Origin: Chara braunii
Lineage: Eukaryota; Plantae; Charophyceae
DNA: 64,000 nt
Reading direction: 5' to 3'
Assembly (NCBI GenBank): GCA_003427395.1
Contig: BFEA01000031.1
Span: forward strand, 833,528-897,527
Shown here piece by piece: positions 10,651 through 22,285 of the stretch. The first letter of the stretch is position 1. The number at the start of each line of letters is the position of its first letter. Both the position numbers and the translations under genes were made by a program. Under the pieces are notes generated by a model. It saw nothing but the letters and a program-made list of their open reading frames with translations. It was not told the DNA's origin and did not search any database.

Positions 10651-13600
10651 ATTTAAACATATTCTTATATGCAAAGTTATAGGTTTTTGTCTACTTTAAT
10701 ATTTTTGTGTTAGTAGAAATTTGGAAAGCTACCTTCTCTACAAGAGATGCAGCCTCAGGGAGTTAGACAAAATTGTATTGGAAAAAGCTACTTCAAATAT
10801 GGACTAGTATAAACCTTTGGATAATACTTTCCTAAAGAAAGTATTGCCCAAATTTTTCCTAATCCAAGGAGTGAGATAAAATTTGAGTGTTTTTTAGTTA
10901 GAAGTTTTCTGAGATTTTCATATTTAATCTTATATAAATTTTGCAAAGACACTTTTTCCTATGGGAAGCGCTGCTGAAATTTCCTGAAATCTATGGGAGT
11001 TAAATATTTAAGGACTTCAAAAATTTTGACAATCTATCGATGACTAGGAAAAATGCTGCCGAAATTCTTGATGTTTTCATACGTGTCAGAGATGAAGCAG
11101 GAAGGTAGGATCATACTCACTTAAGCATAGCTTGGTTGCTAACTTGTGTTGTGTTGCAAGTCATTTTCATTTTCAGATTGTTTTGAGGTTTGATTAGCTT
11201 CGGGATGATCCTACAAGGATTATCTTTTGTTATCTTTTGATAACACGTCGGTTTCTCGCGACTCAACCTAAGACTGTAATCTACGTGCTTTGATTTGTTT
11301 TGTTGGGTTCTTACCCGAACTTTTCGTAAATGACCATTTAAAAATGAACTGCATGTTTTTCTTTTATAAGGTTGGACAAAAGTTGGGGCTTGTGTGAATA
11401 AGGCAGAAAAATTTTAACAAGCACAAATAAAAGGGATCTTTTTTTTTCTATCGTTACAAATCCGCTCAATCATGACGCATGGTCAAAGTAGACTGCACGG
11501 ATACACAAAATATAAATATAACGGGGTTATATGACACGAGGCGATCACTCTCACAATCAGTGTGTGACTCCCTTCAAAATATACACATGATCGCAAACAA
11601 AGTCAAATTTGGACTTCAACCCACAAAACATATATGTAATCATACCAAAGATTCCACATCAACATACAACACACTACACGGGGTCAACTTAATCCACTCT
11701 TTGCACTCACAAAGTCAAACCCTTTGACCTATCCGACGAACTCCGAAGATGGAGCCCCTTTCCCAGAGTCAAGAGGCGTTTGGCCGCCACAAAGGGTTGA
11801 GGGCCCCCTACCACTCGTCTCCGTTGTACAGAAGAAGGTAGGTCTGACAATCATACTCACGATTGTCTACCGTCGAGGGATTAACCCATCAGGACCCGTG
11901 TCATCCGACACTTGAGTGTCAAAAATGACCCTTAGAATCTTTGAGGATCGCGTGGCTATGGGTACCACATAGTATGCCATGATTGCGACCGCTCGAGTAC
12001 TCATGCATGGCTGGTTGATATTATGACAAAGTCTTTGTCGCTGCGATCTTTTATTCAGAGTCTAGCGCGCGACTGCTGTATGTATTGCCATCGAAAGGTT
12101 ATGGGTCAAAGGCGCAATTCACATATGAAGCTTGATTTTGTTTTATGAAGTGTTTCACGTGGTTAGATTGACCGTCCTAGTCGACTAGCATAGGATTGCG
12201 TTCGAGAGATTAGTGCCTCGGGTAACGATTCGCGCATGGGTCCAGTTCGAGCGTTAACTGCATGTACCCCCTACGCTACAACGAACGAGAAATGCCCTCG
12301 GTTGGGCCACCTCTGCGATTGCATACGAAAAACGTTCTTACGTGATTCCGTAACTTGACAGGGATAAGACCACCTAAGGGATGGTGACAGTTCCCTCGGG
12401 TGGAGTTAATTTGTACTTTGCATGACCCTATTCTGTTGTAGGTGTTCGTGAGAGACATGGCTGGTGCACTCGCCCGGAGCGGCAACGCTCTGCGACGAAG
12501 TCCTGCAAAATCATGCGTGACGTGGCCAAGAGGGTCCCCTCTACGGGACCGATGTGCTCGACAATGTGCCGAAGTGACGGACGGAGTGGCGACGTGAGGT
12601 GGGATTAGCGACAGACTTGGGGGTACGTGCAGTTGGAGAGATTGAGCGGTGGTGGTGATAGAACGTGGCCAGCGGCAGGGCGTTGTGGGCCTTGTGGCTA
12701 TGGTTGGTTGGCGTTCTTGTTGGTTGGCGTTCTTGTTGGTTGGGGTCTGTGCTTGATGAAGGCCAATCGTGTGGAATTTCAAATAGCAAGGGATTTGCTC
12801 TTTTCTCTGTTGCTGCTTTGTCCAAGTGCTATGTGTGTAGTAGACTAAGCATGGGTTCTCAGTCGCATGCATGACGTTGGTTGTGAGGGTCTATGGATGT
12901 TGAGTGCTTCGTTGTCCAAGATGCATGGATGTATGGATATGGAGTAATGTCACGGGTGTAAAGCGTTGCAGGCGCAACCCGGGAGAAAGGTGGGGGTATC
13001 AAACGTCTGCCTGTATGCATGAGTGTGTTGATCTCCCCTTGCCTTCCCCGCCCCTTGCCGATTCCTGGCGCTATCCATGAGCGTGGAGAATAGCCACCCA
13101 CTCTTCCTTCTCTTCCCTCTTGCGCGCAAGTGCCACGCGTCGGGTTATTCGACGTGACCGGTCATCGTAACTAGAGGCCGGTCGCGTGTGTGTCCGCTCG
13201 TCGCCTGATCTCTTTGCTACCCGACCATAACCATTTTGTCCAGATAACGATTCGTTGACAAACGACACTGTGTTCCTGAACTTGCATTTTGTTAACTGGG
13301 AGAGAGTGGGGTGAAACCCATTAAGATTTGCATGAAGTCCAAATTTACTACGCTAGACGTGAGCGAGGGTAATTGTCCGTGCTCGACCCTCTCGACGATC
13401 AACCTCAAGACGCTGCCATTCCCGATTGCACATGAAGACAGTGTGTGTTGCGATGCGGATGTGAGAAATGCGATGTTACGAACTGACCGGGTTCGTCTAT
13501 ACAACCCGTCCAACGGTTGTCACGTAGGGGGGAGTGGGTTCGTGTTGATTGATCGGTTTTCTTCCCGACCCCTGATCCTACCTTATACTGATTTGACGGT

Positions 13601-14343
13601 ATTGCCTTGGTCGACGGCCCACGCCACGTGGCGGCCCCAGTTTAATTGTCCCTGGTGTCGACAAGGAGACTTGTGTTCCTGGCGGAGGCTGGTGCTGGGA
13701 TACGAAGGATCGGCTCAATTCCCAGAACTCTCCCACAGTGTGGGCGCCCTACCGGCGAGCTTCTGAGCTTGGATTTCAAAGCCGCGAAGCACTGCAAAAA
13801 TGTCAAAGCACCCTACGAGGACGTAACATGGAAAACTTGTCACAATGATCTCTTTTCATAACTACCTTGTCAAAATACGCAAAATGTTGTATTCATTTCA
13901 CACAGCCCTGCCCCAATCGAACGACGACGCGCCTGGCCGACCTCGCAGACTTTAGGAATCTAACATGGAGACTTAGATGCTCCTTATCTCTTGGGTTCTT
14001 GTAATAAAGTTGGCGTGAATCTGGCGCAAGAGAAGTGGTAGGTTCTGCGTTTTCCCTTTTTCTTCTCAATGCCTAGCGACGGTTGCATCACGCGCATTCC
14101 ATGGCCCTTGACGAAGCGGAATTTTGGTCATACCCCGCACGTTGGCCCTATCTACCCCTCGAATTCCCTAGTGTTTCTGCTTAGCCTTCTCTGTCGACCT
14201 AATTTTTTTGAGTAACCTCGGAATCAAGCGAGAATCCCGCGTTGCGACTGGGTGATGCAACCCTTGCCTAAAATCCTCGGCCACGCCCCCATTCACTCTG
14301 ATCGAGCGTCCCTCGATACGGAACACAGCGTAGGGCATGAGGT

Positions 14344-14355
14344 TGGTATCAGAGC
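14344..14355 (+). promoter_or_regulatory. LTR-retrotransposon primer binding site (tRNA-iMet)
   Basis: tggtatcagagc just upstream of gag. Confidence 0.8.
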
Positions 14356-14493
14356 TGGTTCGTTTCGGCTCTGAGGTTTCCTTGACAAGGCTGCAATTTC
14401 AAAAGACTGGCACAAAGGTGCTGACAATCGGCCAACGGCCCAACGCCAATCAAAACCAGACAAGGGGCCGAGCTTGGGTCCAACCTCGAGCTA

Positions 14494-16451
14494 TTGCGGA
14501 ACCCGCAGATGCTGACAATCATGCAGGCCCAGTTAACAATCCCCTGCACCTTTTCCCTCTTCGGAAGTCCCCATCTTCACCAAAGTAAGTTTGAACCACG
14601 CACCTGGCTGGCCACCCTAAAAGCTCAAGATTGGTCGGACCAGTTGCTCAAAGAACACATTCCCGAGCGATTGGCCGTTACGACATTTGAGTGGTACGGG
14701 CAAAATCCTTACACTGATTAGCGGAATTTTAGGAAGATCTTTCTTGAACGCTTCAATCACATATGGCTCGGGCAATGCCTGCGCTTGATCAAGGAATATA
14801 TGCAGCAGCCCCGCGAGACTCTCGCCCGGTACGCAGAGAGGATTTCCTACCTCGCCGAACGCTCCGGGGTCAATGAAAACATGGTGCGGACAGACTTCGT
14901 CCGTGGTCTGGCTGACTCTCGGTTACGAAAAAAAATCCGTAAGGAGTGTAATCCGATTGAACACGGTCTAAAGGAATTAATCCAGTACGCTATCAAATAC
15001 GAAAAGGAAAATTATGATGTAGGGCTAGACTCCGAATCAGATGACGACGACCCTTCGGGTGTCCGTTGCCATAGCTACCCGGCAACAACCAAAATGTCCG
15101 AAGACTGTTTCAGACTAGGACCGATGAAGAAGGGTCTGGACCATACGGCCCCTAGCGTACAAGTAAGAAGTACGAGTCGTACTCGTACGAGGGTGCGTAC
15201 GAGTCGCAACGTAGGAAATCACGATGAAAGAGGTGGCCGCGCAACTTGTAATGGTAGTTGCGCCCCTAACCGAGTTCGTCCAGGGACTTTGCAGAGAGCG
15301 ACTGTTGTGGCTCAAAGGCAGCAAGCGACCATGGCGGCAGGTACAGGAATAGCCAGGCCAGCCTATGTGGCCACTCAGCCCGTGCGATGCTATAGCTGTA
15401 ATCAGCCAGGCCACCTTGTTAAGGATTGTCCAAAACCCCGAACTCAACCGGGACAATCCGGGGCCTCCCAAATCCCATTGGCCGGCACCCACCACCGCGG
15501 GTCAAGGAGGGCTGGCGGTCGTCCTCGATACCGGAATTACAGAGGTTGTGGCACCTTCGACCGTCGAGATTGGGTCTGATGAATACATGGCTGCGACCAC
15601 GCTTGAACCCGGGCCCATTGGGGTGATATGTCACATCCAACGGATCACCGAAGCTGGAGACCTGGCACCCTAGAGACTAGGGTTTGAGGACCACGTGATG
15701 CCGGGACCTGAATACAAAGATGGTCAGATTGACGTCTTAGACGCAATGAAGCCTCTGGACCTTAGGATCCCGATGCTCATCCCTTATTTTCTAACGATAT
15801 CGGAACGAAAAGTTGATTGAGCGATGTTTAAAGAATCGACAACGGTTCGAAGAAAGCCGAAAGGGCAAGAAGCTAGCAATGGAAAACTGACAGACAATAA
15901 CCGATGTCACACCCTCAACCTCACGACCTCCTAAAGCGGTGTGCAGCGGGATGATCCAGGTGACTGAGCCATCAACGGAGAAGCCCGAGGTATTTCTTCG
16001 GGCCTACCCGATTACCTGGAAAAGCGTAGAATATGACTGCGAGGTGTGGGGAAGCCCATCACCGGCCACCCTCGACTCAGGATCCTCTGCGGTGGCCCTT
16101 TCGTGGGGGTTAACAAAACGCTTGGGACGAGAAGGCCAGATTCAGCCCCTGTGACCGGATGAGCTGTATGTGTCGGCCAGAAAAGATAGTATTCATTGTA
16201 AGGGAAGAATCACAAATGTGCCCATAGGGGTCGGTCGGATTCATTGTCTGTGTGACACGATCGTTATGGATGTACAGGCTTATGATGTGCTGTTAGGGAT
16301 CCCGTGGCAGGTGGCGGTTGGCGTGCGAATGCATTTTGATAGTTCACAAGTCGTGCTGACCTCAGCCCAACCCAAACCTCAAACCAAACCGACGAGGGTG
16401 GCGGAGCGCGTATTCTCGCAGCCGGTCCCTCACAGAAGTCCGCCAGCTTAG
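14494..16451 (+). mobile_element. Ty3/Gypsy remnant: degenerate gag (CCHC knuckle) plus aspartic protease; no RT/integrase seen
   Basis: ORF 14785-15579 has CYSCNQPGHLVKDC; 15939-16451 has ATLDSGS and YDVLLGIPW protease motifs; stop codons and frameshifts. Confidence 0.85.
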
Positions 16452-17334
16452 TATGATCTGGCAGTTGTCGATAAACAGCGCGATGATATAAGGAGAATCT
16501 GAGGGATCAGACAAACCCAACCGGTATCCAATCCGAGTGCAAGATTGGTTTCGTTGACTTAACCTACACGACTCCCAAAGGACCATTCGAAGCGGATCCA
16601 GCTGGTCCCGAATGTTTTCCTCCACCGTCCAAGGGGAACCTCAGCTACAAGTTTCACAAATAGCTGATCTCTCAGAACCCCCTGCGTCCCTGTATCTCAA
16701 CGTGGACCCCCTTCCGGAGCGATTCACTGAGCTGAGGGGCCTCTGCGATTTGTCATTTCAGCCTCCAAGACCCTTACTTACGGACTTTAAGGCCGCTTTG
16801 CTTCTAACTTCTAAGGGATGGGGTAGCATTTCCACCAAGTTCCTTTGACCAGAAATGGGGTCCGACGGAACTATTGCAGGCCTTTTCAATTAAACCCTCG
16901 GCCGATGAGCCTATCGACACCGAGGACGAAGCAGTTGGCGCTTTGTTTCGGGCCTAATCCACAAACCCTCAAATTTTTAGATTTTTTGGAGCATTCTCGT
17001 GAGCGCGAAAAACTGCTCAAGTTGGCGTTTTTGTTTTTCGAATTGCTTCCGACCTCTGCATTCTTTGGGCCTACTGACTTTTGGAGGTACCGGAAAGCCA
17101 GTTCTCAACTCTCGGGAGAATGGCGGTTTAATGGGACTGTCTACTTTTTTTTCTGAGTGAGAGACCGCAAAAGAAACCGTTATTCTGTTATAGTAGGACG
17201 TCAAGAGTCGAAGAGAGATTGTGTATGTGGACATTTTCCCACAATGCTAAGGGTTTCCTCATGATTGCTTGTATTTTACTTGTTATGACGCCTTTATTAT
17301 ATATCTATCTTTCCCATATTTGTTATATATCATC

Positions 17335-17427
17335 ACAAACAGAACTGCCCGGTAAACCGTAGGCAGAGAGAGAGAAAAGGACAACAAACGAGGGGCTGTG
17401 ACAAACTGTTTCGTTGGAGTTTCACCG
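17335..17427 (+). repeat. ~95-bp dispersed repeat, copy 1 (others at ~18600-18693 + and ~63483-63570 -)
   Basis: acaaacag...ctgcccgg...taggcagagag...ggacaacaaacgaggggctg.gacaaactgtttcgt.ggagttt in three copies. Confidence 0.8.
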
Positions 17428-18725
17428 ACTCATCAGGAGGCTGAACCCTCAACAGTCTGCAGAATCCCCTCACTGATTACACTGTAAATGATAATCTACC
17501 TTAACCAAAATCAAAGTAGACTNNNNNNNNNNNNNNNNNNNNNNNNNNNNNNNNNNNNNNNNNNNNNNNNNNNNNNNNNNNNNNNNNNNNNNNNNNNNNN
17601 NNNNNNNNNNNNNNNNNNNNNNNNNNNNNNNNNNNNNNNNNNNNNNNNNNNNNNNNNNNNNNNNNNNNNNNNNNNNNNNNNNNNNNNNNNNNNNNNNNNN
17701 NNNNNNNNNNNNNNNNNNNNNNNNNNNNNNNNNNNNNNNNNNNNNNNNNNNNNNNNNNNNNNNNNNNNNNNNNNNNNNNNNNNNNNNNNNNNNNNNNNNN
17801 NNNNNNNNNNNNNNNNNNNNNNNNNNNNNNNNNNNNNNNNNNNNNNNNNNNNNNNNNNNNNNNNNNNNNNNNTCAACAGTCTGCAGAATCCCCTCACTGA
17901 TTACACTGTAAATGATAATCTACCTTAACCAAAATCAAAGTAGACTATCACTCACCCACACCAGATGGAAAACTCTACAGACTGTCGGTTCACACCCCAT
18001 CACAAGCCAGCAAAACATTTCCCGTTGTTCGGCCTGCATGGGGGCGGTGCTTTTATGTGGGAATCGTCATCCGGGATTGCCTTTTATACCGGTCCTCCGT
18101 TTTTTTTATGATGTCCCGGTACGAATTGCTTACGATGACGCCGAATAGGAATGTCGAACAAGGCCATCTGCTCTGTATAGATATGTATCTGGGACTTCTT
18201 TTGATTTCTTTGCAGACAAGAATGTCTGACATCCTGGTTGGTCTTGTCCCGTCGTTTGGCCTGTGTATGTTGGGGCGGTGCTTGCATGTGGGACTTGTCA
18301 TCTGGGATCTGTTTTGTTGCCCCCTGTTCTGTTTTATTTGGCTGTTCCCTTCCTCTTTTCTTTGCCTCTTTGCCTTTTGGCTGTGTGCAAGTGGGTCGAT
18401 ATGACACACGGGGGTGGGGGCAGCCGCCGCTCAACCTACATCCACGTGGGCGGCCTTGTACGCAAGAGGTTCTGAACAGGGGGAGCTATAAGGAAGAAGA
18501 TAAAAAACTGAATTCATTTTTTCTTGTTTTTCTTTCCTTTTTCCTTTTTGTTCTTTTTGTTCGCATTTGCGCTCTGATACTCTTGTGACAATATATATTG
18601 ACAAACAGAGCTGCCCGGAGAACCATAGGCAGAGAGGGAGAAGAGGACAACAAACGAGGGGCTGGGACAAACTGTTTCGTCGGAGTTTCACCAAGTCATA
18701 TATATTTCTTCTCTTTTATTAATCT

Positions 18726-19705
18726 GCGAGGATCTGGGTCCTCGGCAGGCCTAAGGGGCCCCTGTTGCAGATGTGCCCGCCCTAAGTGAAGGCGGGCCTG
18801 ACAAATCACGAGAGGCCCTCGGCTTTCAATTTCGTATTTGGGGTCCAGGCAGTTGTGACACGCCAGTTGGTTGAGGGAAACACAGGCCAAGCAGCAAGGA
18901 CATTCCACGGCCCTCCAGGCCTTTTGGAAATGCAGGCCCTGGGCGAGAATCGCAGCCTCATACACAGACAGTTAGGAGGCCCAACCGAACGGTGGCACAG
19001 CCTCCTGGGGCCTACTGGAAGCTTCTGGGCAGAGGCCCAGGCCAGCCAGGCCGCCAATCGAGGCAGGAGCTTTCCATATAGGGAAGAGCTCGCTGCCTGG
19101 GATGGCATTCAGCACTTGCATGCTAGCGGCAGCGCTGCTGGAGCGGACGCTTGTGGGCTGCTGCTGGCGCTGAGAGGCAAGGTGCAAGCACGTGCGGGCA
19201 TGCGTGAGTCAGGGCGCTGCCCTCAGCAGCGCCATAGACCAGCCTCCATAGCTGGCTCGGGCTTGGTCTACAGTGAGGCGCAGGGATGGTCTTTGGGTGT
19301 ACAGGGAGAAGACGTGGGTGTAAGTCAGGGGAGAGAGAGAAGGATGATGATGACGGTGATGATGTGAGGGCACATACCTGGTATTGGCGATGGTCTGCAT
19401 TGGGCGACATCTTCAAGTACTTCGTGGGCTGCTGACGTAAACAGTTGCATTGTCAATTAGTCGGCAGACAGTAGCTGTGTAGGAAGTAGGCTGGGCGCCG
19501 AGTGCCAAGTAGGGAGAAGGGCCTGGACACTCATGTTGGTGGTGGCGAGAGCAAGCTCTCATTGACATTGGTTTTCAGTGTTACGATTCTTCATTGGTGT
19601 TATATTGGTGCAATTCTGCTTTCTGGACACTGTGATACTATCTGGCTTTCAATGTGATTGTGCATTCTGGAGATTGTCATCTCGCTTCTACTCATTTTTC
19701 TTGCA
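18726..19705 (+). repeat. ~1-kb dispersed repeat, inverted copy at ~42988-43996
   Basis: Colinear reverse-complement similarity along the whole length; both give ORF MKAG(L/V)TNHERP..NFVFGVQAVV. Confidence 0.85.
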
Positions 19706-19979
19706 AACCTTTGGTTATAAATATTTCTTCCCATATTTTGACTACATCAAACATGGGTTTTGGGATTTGAGTTTTATCCTCTCCGTTCTCCTAACAATTA
19801 GTAAGTCCCTCTTGTTGTCCTCAGCGGTAATGTCACCCCTCTCCAAAATATTGTCGCTACAATTTTCAGCATTTCTAAGTCTTTTTAAATTTTAATAGTT
19901 TTTATGTACTTGTCCTTTACAACACTTTCTAAGATTTAGAACATTTTTATTCAGATGTTATGCTCTTCTATTGGGGGGG

Positions 19980-20020
<41 letters not shown>

Positions 20021-20054
20021 NNNNNNNNNNNNNNNNNNNNNNNNNNNNNNNNNN

Positions 20055-20122
<68 letters not shown>

Positions 20123-22285
20123 TTATGCTCTCTCTATGTGTTGTGTACATGAGCTCTAGGCCAAAAATAGGCACAGAGACACTATCTTCATGATATTCTG
20201 TGTATCCAACATTGGGCTGTGTGCTCTGCCTCTGCACCCAATTGGGTTGCGTGGTCTCCCTCTCTCCCTATATGTTATGTCCCGCATTCAATTTGTCTAT
20301 TTTTATCTGGTGCATCTGCCTCAGCAGGGCTGGGGCACCACTTTCCGCTTGCTAATTAATAGTCAAAACTTTTGTAAAAGCCAAAAATACTTGGCAATGA
20401 GTTTTCAGCAAAATGCAATGCAATGTACACAAATTCAAAGTTTTGACTCCTGATTTTCAGTACCTGACCAAATCTGGGCCGAGGTCCTACCAGCAAAGAG
20501 GATCCGGTTGACTGACTAAATCTGGACGGTTTTTTTTTTTTTTTTTTTTTTTTTTCCAAAAAAAAAGAACCTCACGGTTCTGGCTCCTACCATTCTGGGG
20601 AGCGACAGTCCGGTTCCTATTCCCCCGGCAAGTCAATATGGAATACATAAAAGACTCACGCACGCTCCTCCCCATTATGGCTGAGAGGCCCGAGAGGGCA
20701 GCATTGATTACTTCCCTGAGGAAGGATGTACCACCTCTCACCCCTGCCTAATGTAGCCTGTACTAACTCTGCCTGCCAATCTGTCTGATCCCAGATCTGC
20801 TCCTCTCAGCTATGAAGCTGTCGGTTANTTGTGATTATGCAAGAGCCTTCTGGAACACTTATGTGCCTTTTGAAGCGTCTATTACTCTATAACAGCATTT
20901 GCCTTGTTTCTGTCTAAGCTGTAAACCCTAAACCCTCGGTCTTAAAGCTGTCCTGATTTCTCTGTTCCAAGACGTCCAGGTAGAAATTACCTCTCCTACG
21001 CCCTAAAACTCGCCGTGTTTTCACCCGACTACGACCCTTAACCCCTAAACCTTTCCTTCGACTCATAATCCTGAATCCCTTCCCCCTTTTTTTTTTTTTT
21101 TTCCCCCCTTAGAAGTCGCTGCACGGCCTTTCAGGAGTGTTTTGTCCATGACGACCTGTTTCATTCAACACCCGCCTCCGTGTCCCTTGGTATGAACGAC
21201 CAGATCTCTTAAGCCCTTAACCCTTAGCCAGTGTTCCTGTCTTCTGAAATGTCTACCTTGGCGTTGGCAGGATTCCGTTTATTTCCAGCCCCTGTGACCG
21301 AACCTCCTCAGCAACCCCCGTTCATGCACCNTTTTAACCTTTTCTCNGGCTTGTCCTCCCTTTTCCCGCTTCCCCTTTTGTCTGTGCCCCTTGGATCTCT
21401 AGCCACTTGTAAGTATCCCTTTGCGTTCTAAGAAGTGGCTATATTCTCTGACGTTGCCTGCTGTAGAACGCCTTTTTCTGGAATTGGATTATGCCAGTCT
21501 TTCCGGCATATTCGATCCTGCCGCAGTTCTGCACCTTGCCATTTACCAGCCAGCTTCTATAGAATTTCTGTCTTTCCCTTTCCCGTTCATCTTCTGACCT
21601 CTGCAGGGGGTCTTCGCTTGAATCGTAGCTTTGGTCTCTGTCAACACCNTCTCTCGTGGGTTGGACCGCCCTTCAAATGTTCTGCTGCATCTTTTCTCTT
21701 CATGTGACCCACAGAGTCACTTCCTGGTGGGATCGAACCAGATTTTCTCTGTCTTCCTTGCCAGTTCGGGGATGTTAGCCAGGAGGAGCAATTGAATGGG
21801 TTGTTCGGGGGAGGGAACTTGAAGAGGGAGTGCCGGAGAGCTGAAGCTCTCGCCCAGTATGCGGTTGCCTCTTTACAAAGCATCAAACAGTGCCCTACAT
21901 CCTCTACCGCCCTTCGGTGCAAACTGGCCATAACTCCGAGCTGTCAGGATCTGTGGTTTTCTGTCTGATGTGCAAGCATTGATTTACCGGGGGGGCAGCA
22001 TATGAGGGCATCCACTACCGGCCGTCAGATTAACCTTTTGCTGGAGCTGTTACTTAGGCTCTTGCTCGTGTCGTGTCCACCTCTGGTCTTAGATGACTTA
22101 TGAACTACCCTTGAGTGAGAATTCTATGGTCTATCTATTTCCTTCGCCCCTTTATTGTATTACTTGCTGTCTTGGTTGCTATCTTGCTCCCCTATACCTT
22201 TTGCATGTCCCAGGTCTGTGCTTTTCTTCCGTATTCTTCGGTGTTGGTTGGAATGGTGGGTTTCTGTTGCTGGCCTAACGTCGGT

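Noticed and set aside
11450-14340. Defined 5' LTR of the Gypsy remnant
   Set aside because: Several tgtcac candidate starts but no matching 3' LTR or TSD, so boundaries cannot be supported
17449-17945. Exact ~74-bp direct repeat around an N gap
   Set aside because: Most likely an unmerged contig overlap
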